A DNA stretch of 64,000 nucleotides from Patescibacteria group bacterium (GTDB lineage: Bacteria > Patescibacteriota > Minisyncoccia > JAHIHE01 > JAGLIN01): NCBI GenBank assembly GCA_029210775.1, contig JARGGI010000002.1:12478-76477 (forward strand), written 5' to 3'. Numbering within the stretch: the stretch's first letter is position 1; every line of letters starts with the position of its first letter. The notes below the pieces were generated by a model, which did no database searches, was not told the DNA's origin, and was given only the letters and a program-made list of their open reading frames with translations. The position numbers were made by a program, and so were the translations under genes. Below, one piece after another: positions 9,433 through 19,228 of the stretch.

Positions 9433-11247
9433 ATGAAGATACTATACTTATATAATAAGTTTACTTTATTATGTATGAATGTCAATCAATATATCATAAG
9501 CGAATTAAATAAAAAAGTCTCTGAAAAACGAGAGTTGTCTTTGGAATTTCTTTCACGACTTAAAAGAAAAGCATCAAGAAAATTTGGCTTGCCTTGTCCA
9601 ACTAATATTGAATTATTAAAGACTTTTAGAGAAATGGTTAAAAATAATATCATCTTAAGTCCGTCGAAGAATGTTATGGTTCGACAGGCTCATCATAACA
9701 TTTTAAAACAAATTGAAAGTATTCTTATAACCAAAAACATCCGAACTTCTTCTGGTGTAGCTGTTATTGCCGTTTTGACAAAACCGTATCCTTGTCCCGG
9801 TACTTGCGTTTTTTGCCCGAACGAAAAAAATATGCCCAAAAGCTATCTTTCCAACGAACCGGCGGTAATGCGGGCAATTTTGACTGATTTTCATCCGTAT
9901 AAACAAACTTCAGCAAGACTTAAGTCTCTTAAAGCTACGGGTCATGATATTGATAAAATTGAACTTATTGTTATGGGAGGTACATTTTCATACTTACCCA
10001 AAAATTACCAAACTTGGTTTATAAAAGAATGTTTTAGGGCATGTAATGAATTTAACAATAAGAAAAATTTAAAGATTTTATCGCTCGAAAGTCACCAAAA
10101 AATTAATGTAAAATCAAAATGTAGAATTGTAGGTTTGACACTTGAGACTCGTCCTGATTATATAAATGAAAAAGAAATAATTAATATGCGAAAATTAGGC
10201 GCGACACGGGTAGAACTGGGAGTGCAAAGTATTTATGACGATGTTTTAAAATTAAACAAGCGTGGACACGGTCGAGTGGAAATTATTCAAGCAACTAAAT
10301 TATTAAAAGAAGCGGGGTTTAAAATTAATTATCATATGATGCCCAATTTGCCTGGTTCAAATTATAAAAAAGATTTGGCAATGTTTAAAGAGCTATTTTC
10401 TAATCCAGACTTTCAGCCCGATATGCTAAAAATTTATCCGTGTGTTGTTGTCAAAAATGCGCCGATTTATAAATGGTATAAAGACGATAAATATAAGCCG
10501 TATTCTGACAAAAAATTAATAGAATTATTATCTGAAATAAAAAAAATAATCCCCCATTATGTTCGCATCACTCGCCTGATCCGCGACATCCCTTCAACAA
10601 GCATCGTTGCTGGAAATAAAGTTTCAAATTTAAGACAAGTTTTAAAGAAAAAATCTGAAGAAGAAAATTGGCAATGCAAATGTATTAGATGTCGAGAAAT
10701 TCGGAATCAAAATCCCCACTTCTTAAAGAAAGGACAAGAGATGGTTAAAGATTTAAAACTATTCCGACAAGATTACGATGCTTCAAATGGAAAAGAAATA
10801 TTTTTAAGTTTTGAAGATAAAAAAAGAATGCATATCTATTCTTTGTTGCGATTAAGAGTAAATAAGTCTGTCGTTGCGAGAAGCGAAGCGACGTGGCAAT
10901 CTCAAAACTTAACTCAATCAACTTCTCACCCAGAAATACCCCCAATCCCCGCCTATCCGAAAGGCAAGCCCTTTATTAAGGGGGAAACTATTATCCCCGT
11001 CCTACAAGATGCCACTATTATCCGCGAAGTTCATACTTATGGTAAATTAACACCAATAAAATCAAATAATAAAAAACACACACAACACACTGGACTTGGT
11101 AAAAAATTAATCCATGAAGCAGAAAGAATTACTGAAAAGGAATTTGGTCTAAAAAAAATCGCCGTCATCAGTGGCGTGGGTGTTAGAGATTATTATCGAA
11201 AATTAGGATATAGACTGGAGGATGGGTATATGGTAAGAAAAATATAA
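9433..11247 (+). CDS. elp3: Elp3 tRNA uridine(34) acetyltransferase (radical SAM + GNAT); start may be 9475
   Basis: CPGTCVFCP, MGGTF, ETRPD, ELGVQS, REVHTYG, QHTGLGKKL and ISGVGVRDYYRKLGY motifs. Confidence 0.95.
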   Translation: MKILYLYNKFTLLCMNVNQYIISELNKKVSEKRELSLEFLSRLKRKASRKFGLPCPTNIELLKTFREMVKNNIILSPSKNVMVRQAHHNILKQIESILITKNIRTSSGVAVIAVLTKPYPCPGTCVFCPNEKNMPKSYLSNEPAVMRAILTDFHPYKQTSARLKSLKATGHDIDKIELIVMGGTFSYLPKNYQTWFIKECFRACNEFNNKKNLKILSLESHQKINVKSKCRIVGLTLETRPDYINEKEIINMRKLGATRVELGVQSIYDDVLKLNKRGHGRVEIIQATKLLKEAGFKINYHMMPNLPGSNYKKDLAMFKELFSNPDFQPDMLKIYPCVVVKNAPIYKWYKDDKYKPYSDKKLIELLSEIKKIIPHYVRITRLIRDIPSTSIVAGNKVSNLRQVLKKKSEEENWQCKCIRCREIRNQNPHFLKKGQEMVKDLKLFRQDYDASNGKEIFLSFEDKKRMHIYSLLRLRVNKSVVARSEATWQSQNLTQSTSHPEIPPIPAYPKGKPFIKGETIIPVLQDATIIREVHTYGKLTPIKSNNKKHTQHTGLGKKLIHEAERITEKEFGLKKIAVISGVGVRDYYRKLGYRLEDGYMVRKI

Positions 11248-11250
11248 TTA

Positions 11251-11400
11251 GGGGCTGCTAATTTTCTCAGATTTCTCCTCCCCTTGGATAAGGGGAGGCT
11301 GGGAGTGGTTTGAAAAATAGCTAAAATAAGCTAAATTACTTTATAGGGTATTTCTAAATTTATCTCTTTTTATAAAAATTAGATGAAAATCAGCAGCCCC
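11251..11400. mobile_element. 150-bp MITE with GGGGCTGCT(A/G)ATTTTC terminal inverted repeats, flanked by TAATTA on both sides
   Basis: taatta|GGGGCTGCTAATTTTC...GAAAATCAGCAGCCCC|taatta; no ORF; internal hairpin ctccccttggataaggggag. Confidence 0.8.
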
Positions 11401-11493
11401 TAATTAAATTTACATAATATCTTAAAAAAGACGAAAGTTAAAATTTCATCTTTTTTTATTTCAATCAATGAATATAATTCTTATCACTCTTTT

Positions 11494-12777
11494 TCAAAAA
11501 TTAATCTTGAAAGTCGGATCTGTCATTTTCTTCCAATTATCCCCCGTGCTTCCGCCATCGTCTTTTAAATCTTTGCCAATTGAATATAAAATCTTATTTT
11601 CTTTAGAATATCTTAAAAGATTTCCATCAAAATAGTCTAGCGGAACAGATGATAAATAGTCAGGAACTAATTGCTCTAATGAATTTGGATAATCACCATT
11701 ATCATTTTTATATGCTTTTATCGCAATCAAAGCTTGCGTTGCAGACACTAAAGAGTCTTCGTTGCATTTTTTTGCATTTGCTGAAGTTAAGCTTAATGCA
11801 GTAATATCGTGAAATACCTTGCCAATAAGATTTTCAGAAAAATAAACTTTTAAATACGAAGATGGGACTTGCATTTGAATATCAACATTTTGAATATTAT
11901 TGCAAAATTTATTTGCATTTTCAATATTTTTTCTTGCATATCCGGCAAAAAGAGCTTTTGTTTTATTCGGCATAAAATAATAGTTATTTTTTAATTTTTG
12001 CGATATATCCCAGCTTTGTTCTCCTGTATGAGTTTGTAATATCTCAGTATTGCCATTTACAAGCGCGTCAATAATCGAATACTGATAGTAATATTCACCT
12101 TTGATTATAGAAATAAATCCGTCTTCATTTTTGTAGAACTGATCCAAGCTTTGAGCATACCTCTTTAATTCGTCAGAATCTAAATTTGATGAAGCAAAAA
12201 TATTCTGCACAGCCTCAAGGCCTCTTTCTTTTAAAAACATCGCGACAAGATACTCAATTAGAACAGTTTGTGATTCTTGAATTTTTTGCCCGATATACAC
12301 AGAGCTTAATGCTTCATATATTGCCTCATTTTCTTTACCCTGTTTTGATAGATATAACACTTTAATTAAGCTATATCCCGACATCGTTCTCCATAAAGAT
12401 AATGACGGAAAAACCATACTTGGATTTATGTTCTCTGGATTAGACAGTGTTGGATTTTGAAATTTTGGCTTGCGCGAAGCTTCGGAAAAATATTCAAAAG
12501 CTTTTTGATTATTAGAAATAATTTCTTCCGCCAATTTCTCATCCCACATCCTGCCTTCAATCATATCTTTAATCTCTTTTTCCTTTCCTTTCGGTTTGTA
12601 TAAAACATCTTTAATCTTAATCAAATCAAAATAAGCATTATCTTTGTCAGGAATTGAAATCACTTGCAGGTTCAAATCAGAATCATTAATAGGATCTATG
12701 TCTCTCGTAAATAAACCAAGAATAAACGGGAGTAATATCACAACAATAATTAACATAACAATGCTCAAAACTATCAA
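11494..12777 (-). CDS. Membrane-anchored helical protein with C-terminal GspG/pseudopilin-like domain
   Basis: N-terminal TM; C-terminal AIKAYKNDNGDYPNSLEQLVPDYL..VPLDYFDG...LYSIGKDLKDDGG. Confidence 0.65.
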   Translation of the reverse strand: MIVLSIVMLIIVVILLPFILGLFTRDIDPINDSDLNLQVISIPDKDNAYFDLIKIKDVLYKPKGKEKEIKDMIEGRMWDEKLAEEIISNNQKAFEYFSEASRKPKFQNPTLSNPENINPSMVFPSLSLWRTMSGYSLIKVLYLSKQGKENEAIYEALSSVYIGQKIQESQTVLIEYLVAMFLKERGLEAVQNIFASSNLDSDELKRYAQSLDQFYKNEDGFISIIKGEYYYQYSIIDALVNGNTEILQTHTGEQSWDISQKLKNNYYFMPNKTKALFAGYARKNIENANKFCNNIQNVDIQMQVPSSYLKVYFSENLIGKVFHDITALSLTSANAKKCNEDSLVSATQALIAIKAYKNDNGDYPNSLEQLVPDYLSSVPLDYFDGNLLRYSKENKILYSIGKDLKDDGGSTGDNWKKMTDPTFKINF

Positions 12778-12879
12778 CTTTATTTTTTTTATTTTTATTA
12801 AATTATTTGTTATATCTATATCTTATCAAAAGAAGTTAGGAAAAGTAATATTTTGTATTAGTCCACCTCATATTTCCTT

Positions 12880-13590
12880 TCATTCCATCTCCAAAACCAG
12901 CTCTTCCGCATTTTCTTTCCATTCTCCCGCTCTTGTAAAATAATCTATTTTTATATTTTTAAATCCCACTGTTTTTACCAAAGATAAAAGTTCTTCTTTG
13001 GAAAATTGATAAAGATAACGCTCCACAACTTTTCCATAAGTTGCTTTCCATGGAACAATCACATCTCCACTTTTTTCTCCAGCTAACTGATTTTCAATAT
13101 CAAACCTCTCATTCGCCCAATCACTCAGAAGATTCCAAACTATGATTTTTACTTTCGCATTTGGCTTAGACACTCTCTTAATTTCTTGAAAAAATTTCTC
13201 TTGCAGTTTTTTTGACGGAATATGATGAAATACAGCATAACTTATTACATAATTAAACTCTTTATCACCAAACGGAAGTTCTGTTGCTTGCCCAACAAAA
13301 AAACTTGCCTTTCCGTTTTTAACCTCTTTTTTATATTTATCCTTCGCAATATCAATAAGTTTTTCTGATATGTCTAAACCAAAATACAAAGCACCTTTAT
13401 CTAAAATAAAAGGTGCCATAAGAGCGTTCCCACAACCGATATCTAAAACTTTATCGCCGAGATTAATATCAGATATTAAATCTGTTTTTAATTTAGAAGC
13501 CCTGTTTCTACTTAAATCCCATTCCTTGGCAATCAAATCATAATCATCTCTAGTTTTTTCTATAATTTTTTGTGAATTACTTTTTTCCAT
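12880..13590 (-). CDS. Class I SAM-dependent methyltransferase
   Basis: VLDIGCGNA, GLDISEKLI and AVFHHIP motifs. Confidence 0.9.
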   Translation of the reverse strand: MEKSNSQKIIEKTRDDYDLIAKEWDLSRNRASKLKTDLISDINLGDKVLDIGCGNALMAPFILDKGALYFGLDISEKLIDIAKDKYKKEVKNGKASFFVGQATELPFGDKEFNYVISYAVFHHIPSKKLQEKFFQEIKRVSKPNAKVKIIVWNLLSDWANERFDIENQLAGEKSGDVIVPWKATYGKVVERYLYQFSKEELLSLVKTVGFKNIKIDYFTRAGEWKENAEELVLEME

Positions 13591-13596
13591 TTTATT

Positions 13597-13625
13597 TTTA
13601 TCTTAACTATCGAGGTTCAACCTCC
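13597..13625. repeat. REP-like palindrome GAGGTT(C/G)AACCTC, copy 1
   Basis: tttatcttaactatcgaggttcaacctcc; near-identical to 38973-39000. Confidence 0.65.
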
Positions 13626-13630
13626 ATAAT

Positions 13631-14110
13631 TTATTTAAATTTTCCAATCCAATAGGCAACAATTCCAAAAGCGACCGAAACATTGAGAGATTCTTTTTTT
13701 CCTTTCATGGGAATATCAATGACAACATCAGATCTTGAAAGGAGTGATTTTTTCACGCCCTTGCCTTCATTGCCAACAATAAGAGCAATAGGAAATTCTG
13801 GTTTATAATCTGTATAAGCAATGCTATTTTTTGTTTGTTCAAGTGAAACAATCTGATAACCCTCTTCTTTTAATTTTTCCACAACCCTCCATGACTGTTT
13901 CGCATATTCCCATAAGATATAATTTTGAGCCCCCAATGCAACTTTTGAAATCTGCCGTTCATGTTTTTGTGTATCAGGAATTCCTGTTATTCCGCATAAA
14001 TAGACCTTACTAATTCCAACTCCATCTGAAGTTCTGAAAACAGAGCCTACATTATGTAAGCTCCGAATTGAATCACATATAACAACAAATTTATTAATAT
14101 CTTTTTTCAT
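13631..14110 (-). CDS. SpoU/TrmH family RNA methyltransferase
   Basis: NVGSVFRT, GNEGKG and IPMKGKKESLNVSVA motifs. Confidence 0.93.
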   Translation of the reverse strand: MKKDINKFVVICDSIRSLHNVGSVFRTSDGVGISKVYLCGITGIPDTQKHERQISKVALGAQNYILWEYAKQSWRVVEKLKEEGYQIVSLEQTKNSIAYTDYKPEFPIALIVGNEGKGVKKSLLSRSDVVIDIPMKGKKESLNVSVAFGIVAYWIGKFK

Positions 14111-14115
14111 TCGCT

Positions 14116-14724
14116 TTAAATACGATTTAAAAACAATCTCAATAATAATTGAAAAATGTCAGAAACAATTGTAACAGCTTTATAGGAATTATCCATTTTT
14201 TTATCACCATTCATATTAAGATGTCCTGTTCGCGTGTTCAAAGGAGTTGAGAGAAATTTGCCAATTTCTCCTAATGATTTATAATTTGGGGTTTCACAAG
14301 TTCCTAATATTTTTCTAATGTCATCTCTAAATTTTAAATTTTCTTCACTTTCTGATTTATTTCTTTTATTACTTTGCCATTTTTTAAAATCTGTGGCTTC
14401 TCCCCTATTCATCCAAAAACCGTTACATTTTATACAATACTCAACTTCCAATTGTTTTGGAAAATTAAAGTCTTTAAACTCCTGAAGTTTTGTCTTACAT
14501 ACAGGACACTTTTTTTCATCGTTATATATGAACACATTTTCTTGAAGCTTCTCTATATCTAAATTTTCAATTCTTTCAATTTCTTCTTTTAAAATTGGAT
14601 ATAATTCAACATTATCAAACCAAATTCCACCACAAACAGAACATTGATCAAGATTAATTATAATTCCATAATCATTCTTGACTTTGACTTTTTTTAAATT
14701 ATTATTGCAATCAGGACACTTCAT
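14116..14724 (-). CDS. Double zf-TFIIB-like zinc-ribbon protein
   Basis: Two CPxC...CxxCxGxW modules. Confidence 0.75.
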   Translation of the reverse strand: MKCPDCNNNLKKVKVKNDYGIIINLDQCSVCGGIWFDNVELYPILKEEIERIENLDIEKLQENVFIYNDEKKCPVCKTKLQEFKDFNFPKQLEVEYCIKCNGFWMNRGEATDFKKWQSNKRNKSESEENLKFRDDIRKILGTCETPNYKSLGEIGKFLSTPLNTRTGHLNMNGDKKMDNSYKAVTIVSDIFQLLLRLFLNRI

Positions 14725-14743
14725 ATTTTTTAAAATTATAAGA

Positions 14744-15085
14744 CTACATGCCCATTAGTTTTCGAGCTAAATCTTCATATTCTTTTCGTTGTTGAGGAGT
14801 CATTTTCCTCATAATACCCATCATCTCTCCGGGACTTGGATTTTCTTTTCCGCCTAATAATTTTTTCATTTTCTCTTCCATATCTTTTTGTTCATCTATG
14901 CTCATATTCTGCATATTTTCCATTGCTTTCTTTGCCATTTCACGCTGTCCTTCTGGTAAATCTTTCAAATGTTTTTCCAAAGCCTTGTCTATGACCTTCT
15001 TCCCTATTTTTGTCTTTGAGGCCCTTTGAACGACCTTACCTGCGCCTTTTTGAAAAGCTCCCTTAATTGAATCTTTAATTCCCAT
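14744..15085 (-). CDS. Hypothetical Met/Lys-rich helical protein
   Basis: 113-aa ORF within the co-directional gene run. Confidence 0.7.
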   Translation of the reverse strand: MGIKDSIKGAFQKGAGKVVQRASKTKIGKKVIDKALEKHLKDLPEGQREMAKKAMENMQNMSIDEQKDMEEKMKKLLGGKENPSPGEMMGIMRKMTPQQRKEYEDLARKLMGM

Positions 15086-15111
15086 TTTTTTTAAATTAAT
15101 TTATTAATAAT

Positions 15112-15654
15112 TTATTTATTATCACATTTTAACATAAAGAGGCTGAATGCTGAAAGAGTATCACAATCTTTTATTTTCCTATTTTTAATCATTTCTTTGA
15201 TTTTTGAAATTTTTAACTTTCTAACTTTTATATCACCATCTTTTTCTATTTCATCTGGCTCTTGCTTGCCAAACTCCAAATCTTCTGCAAGATAGACATA
15301 TGCTTTTTGATTTGAACATCCATAATAAGCATAGAACCAACCGAGATTAGTAAATTTTTTTGCCTTTATTCCTGCCTCTTCTCTTAATTCTCTCTTAGCA
15401 GTTCTAAGTGAAGTTTCTCCTTTTTCAATAGCTCCTGCAACAACTTGAATCATTTTTGATTGCGTCGTATATCTATATTGCTCAATAAGATATAAATAAT
15501 CGCCCTCTTTTGCTAATACTATAACGTAATCTTTTCTATTTAATATAAAATATTTATGCTTTTTACCACTAGGTCCAAAAAAATCTTCCTCAACTATTTT
15601 CAAATATTTACATTTAAAAGCTATTTCTGATTTTATTGTTTTCCATGCTTTCAT
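15112..15654 (-). CDS. NUDIX hydrolase (ADP-ribose pyrophosphatase-like)
   Basis: AGAIEKGETSLRTAKRELREEAG Nudix box; EQYRY. Confidence 0.9.
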   Translation of the reverse strand: MKAWKTIKSEIAFKCKYLKIVEEDFFGPSGKKHKYFILNRKDYVIVLAKEGDYLYLIEQYRYTTQSKMIQVVAGAIEKGETSLRTAKRELREEAGIKAKKFTNLGWFYAYYGCSNQKAYVYLAEDLEFGKQEPDEIEKDGDIKVRKLKISKIKEMIKNRKIKDCDTLSAFSLFMLKCDNK

Positions 15655-15662
15655 ATATAACG

Positions 15663-16799
15663 TTATTCAATTAATTTCTTTTCCTCATCACCATTAATGT
15701 TTTCATTTTCTTCGCTAATTCGATCAACTACTTTTATTAACTGTCTAGTCCTTGTATTTGAAACGCTATCATACTGCTTTGACATTGAATTTATTCTATC
15801 TCCCAATTTATCAAACTCATCATTATATTTTGAAAATTCCTGCTTAAATTTTGAAATTAATCCAACGACCCTATGCAAGTCTTCCTGAATTTTGAAATTA
15901 TTATATGACTGCTTAATCATTCGTGCAATTGCAGCAAAAGAAAATGGACCTGTGATAATTACTTTCTTTTCCAAAGCTTCACTTGAAATATCGCTTAATT
16001 TGTCACAAATAAAGCTAAAAATACTTTCATTAGGAACAAACATAATCACAAAATCTAAGGTTTTTTCTTCGGGATTAATATAGTCCCGACTTGTTACTTG
16101 TTTAAGTTTCTGCCTAACATCAGTTTTAAACTGATCAAGATATTTTTTCTTTTCCAATTCATCATCAACTTCTTGAAGTTTTTGGAGAGCTGAATATGGA
16201 AATTTCACATCAATATTAATCTTCGTTTTATCTGGAAGTTTGATTGTGATGTCAGGACGATTTGCGTTTGTGTCTTGTCTGAGATTTACGGTATAATCCA
16301 AATTTTTCACAAACCCCAACATTTTCAAAATATTCTCTGCAACTTCCTCTCCATATTTTCCACGCTGTTGATTATTGGAAAGTATTTTTTTCAAATTTTC
16401 AGTTGAATTTTTTAATTCTCCAGTAATAATTTTATGCTCCTCTAAAATCGTTTTCATCTTTGAAAATTCACCGATTCTTTCTTTTTCAGTGTTTTCAATT
16501 TTCTTCTGGGATTCCCTTAGTTCAGAATCAATTTTATCCACCATTTCTTTAATTGCATCTTTTTTGCCCTCCATATATTGTTCGTTCCTTTTCATTTTTT
16601 CATCATTCATTTCTGAAATTCTTTCTCTTTCTTCTTTAAGAATTTCCCGATTTCTCTCTTCAATCATTTTCATATTTCTCTCGGCTATCTTTTCGCTAAA
16701 ATTTGAAAAATAATCTAAAATTGGTTTTTTTAGTAGAAAAAACAACACAGATAGGACCGCGACAATAGCAATGATATTAATTATTATTTCATTAATCAT
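15663..16799 (-). CDS. rmuC: DNA recombination protein RmuC
   Basis: TM plus coiled coil; RGKYGE, RPDITIKLP, IDVKFP and DFVIMFVPNE motifs. Confidence 0.92.
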   Translation of the reverse strand: MINEIIINIIAIVAVLSVLFFLLKKPILDYFSNFSEKIAERNMKMIEERNREILKEERERISEMNDEKMKRNEQYMEGKKDAIKEMVDKIDSELRESQKKIENTEKERIGEFSKMKTILEEHKIITGELKNSTENLKKILSNNQQRGKYGEEVAENILKMLGFVKNLDYTVNLRQDTNANRPDITIKLPDKTKINIDVKFPYSALQKLQEVDDELEKKKYLDQFKTDVRQKLKQVTSRDYINPEEKTLDFVIMFVPNESIFSFICDKLSDISSEALEKKVIITGPFSFAAIARMIKQSYNNFKIQEDLHRVVGLISKFKQEFSKYNDEFDKLGDRINSMSKQYDSVSNTRTRQLIKVVDRISEENENINGDEEKKLIE

Positions 16800-16906
16800 A
16801 ACCTAATTCTACACTTAAATTACTTATAAATCAACTTGTATATTTAATTTTCCTAAACAAATAGATACCTTAAATTTATAGCAAAAAAATCAGAAGCGTT
16901 TTTTAT

Positions 16907-17056
16907 CTATTGCTTCCGAGCTGTTGATTTTAGATTTGCTTCTCTTGCTCTCAACATTCTCCTTCGGAACTCTGCCGAATCCTGAATATGCTTAACCTCA
17001 ACAACACTAGGAGGTTTAGTTCCATTTTCATCATTTATTGGACCTTCCACTAACAT
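16907..17056 (-). CDS. Possible small protein (49 aa)
   Basis: Manual translation MLVEGPINDENGTKPP...KSTARKQ*, preceded by AGAGGTG. Confidence 0.35.
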   Translation of the reverse strand: MLVEGPINDENGTKPPSVVEVKHIQDSAEFRRRMLRAREANLKSTARKQ

Positions 17057-17185
17057 CACCTCTAATAATTATTACTTATAATATATCACGCATAAGCAAT
17101 TCTGTCAATGCTTTGAAATCTAATATAAACAAAATTCTATCAAATAAAAAATGACCAATCGCAAGCGACGAGTCATTAAGCTTTA

Positions 17186-18649
17186 TTATTTTTTCCTTCT
17201 TTGGAAAACGATTGCCACGATTATCATGATAATTGCCATCCAAATCTCCATTCCCGGAGTTTCGGGAGTAGAAGTTATTTTTTGGTAAGGAATCGGTGTT
17301 CTCGTTGAAGTTGGGGTTAGAATTTGTTTTGGAGCTATATCAGATTTAGTTTCATTGTCTGTCACAACAACAGTAATTTCTTTAAATCCTTTTCTATTAA
17401 GATAACCAGCTTCAACTCCAACTATATATGTTCCCTGATATTCAAAGATATGAATACATGTAGGACTCTCACAATATCCCCCTTTTAAATTCGTTAAAGG
17501 AGTTTTTTTATTAGTCTTGTCATAAAATCTTAAACTCGCTTGCCTATTATAGCGATCAAAAACTTTCCAAGCATTAATTTTACATTCTTCTCCAGTTTTA
17601 CAATCAATTCTATTCGGGAGAGAATTCATAACAAGAGGAGTTTTTTTGTTGCTTCCTTCAAAAACTTCAACATCCTTTGTTAAAGTTGAACCTGCACCGT
17701 GAGAATCTGTGATTGTCACTGTGAGATTATGAGATCCCATTCCTTTTGTTTTCATTCTGATTATAGGAATTTTTTCCTCATAACTTCTTCTGGTCCAACT
17801 GACTCTACTTATAAGAACATTATTATTGTTCTTAAGCTCAGCATAGTAGCTTTGAATGAAATCATTATTTTCATTACTATTACTTCCAGTCTTTAATTCC
17901 TCCAAATAAACCTCAAAGTCACTATTTGATTCAGGATAGTCAAAATCTAATTTAAACGATGGAGGAGAATTTCGAACAACTGTTATGTTAATCTCTTTCT
18001 CCTTAGATTTGCTACCATCTGAAATTGTTGCTTTGATTATCTTTTTTTCAGTCTTTGCTGAACTTCCTATTTCTATTTCAGTTGTCTTGGAGTTTGGACT
18101 TTTAATAATAATTCCACTATCCTTTGTATCCCATTTAATTTTTATATCACACTCACCAGTAGTGGTATATGGAATTATCAAACTAAAAGTATCTCCTATC
18201 GCATATTCTCTAATTTCTTCCCTTACACTTACTTTATCATTTAATTTAATGGGTGACAGAGTAATTGTGCAATCCCTTTTTGATCTGGGAAAAATTTTTA
18301 TTATTCTTTCTATACTTCCTCCATCATCTGTTACAGTGAGAAGATATTCTTCTTCTTTTGTAACAACTGTCTGAAGAAATCTAGAATCAAGCACGACTCT
18401 ATTATCTTTTTCCCATCTGTATCTCTTGTTTCCAATCCCACCTTCCACAAATGGAGTAAGGGTTAAATCGCTATCAGGATCTGCGTAAAATACAAACCCA
18501 TTTGGTATTTTATTTATAACACATTCCCCACCATTACATCTCACATCTACTGTCAACGGAACAACTGCTTGAGCAACAGAAATCACAGAAATCAATAAAA
18601 AAATCTCCAAAACAATCAATAAACATATCTTTCTTTTCACTTTTTCCAT
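17186..18649 (-). CDS. Secreted Ig/PKD-like surface protein with PGF-CTERM-like C-terminal sorting signal
   Basis: Signal peptide; LTVTDDGG and LTVTITDSHGA PKD-like strands; T/P-rich linker followed by TPGMEI, a TM helix and QRRKK. Confidence 0.75.
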   Translation of the reverse strand: MEKVKRKICLLIVLEIFLLISVISVAQAVVPLTVDVRCNGGECVINKIPNGFVFYADPDSDLTLTPFVEGGIGNKRYRWEKDNRVVLDSRFLQTVVTKEEEYLLTVTDDGGSIERIIKIFPRSKRDCTITLSPIKLNDKVSVREEIREYAIGDTFSLIIPYTTTGECDIKIKWDTKDSGIIIKSPNSKTTEIEIGSSAKTEKKIIKATISDGSKSKEKEINITVVRNSPPSFKLDFDYPESNSDFEVYLEELKTGSNSNENNDFIQSYYAELKNNNNVLISRVSWTRRSYEEKIPIIRMKTKGMGSHNLTVTITDSHGAGSTLTKDVEVFEGSNKKTPLVMNSLPNRIDCKTGEECKINAWKVFDRYNRQASLRFYDKTNKKTPLTNLKGGYCESPTCIHIFEYQGTYIVGVEAGYLNRKGFKEITVVVTDNETKSDIAPKQILTPTSTRTPIPYQKITSTPETPGMEIWMAIIMIIVAIVFQRRKK

Positions 18650-18879
18650 CTCCTCTTATTCTTTCTATATCAAATTGTCAAATAACGTGTCTTTAAAACT
18701 TATCATCTAAACATAGTGAAAAATTTAATAAAAATGTTCTATATCTATTAAGAACAAGATTCTTCGCTTTGCTTAGAACATACTAATATTCTCTAAATTT
18801 AAAAGACATTAAATTATACCTTAACTATAATCATATGTCAATATATTAAATTTAAAAATAAAGCGATCTTTTATAGATC

Positions 18880-19172
18880 ACTTAATTTCGACAATTAAAT
18901 TGAGATTTAATTTCTTGACGAATTTTCTCTAAAAAATTCTTTTGATTTCTCGTTTTTACAGGATATCCACTCAAACCTTTTTCACATAAATCAATTAACT
19001 CTTCTAATAATTTTTTGTCAATATTTAAACACTCTTGAAGAATTTTAGAATAGTTTTGAGGAGTTATTTTTTTATTTAATATTTCATCAGGAATAAGTTA
19101 TATCAAATAAATTAACTTATTTTTGTCCCCTTCAACTTCACTTGCAATTTTATTAACAGTATTTCCGTTCAT
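18880..19172 (-). pseudogene. Small ORF interrupted by an in-frame TAA (3' end approximate)
   Basis: GAGGTGA RBS then MNGNTVNKIASEVEGDKNKLIYLI*LIPDEIL...; the frame continues past the stop. Confidence 0.35.
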
Positions 19173-19228
19173 TAATGCTCACCTCTAAAGTTTATTCTAT
19201 AACAATTACATAAAAAATCAACGAGAAA

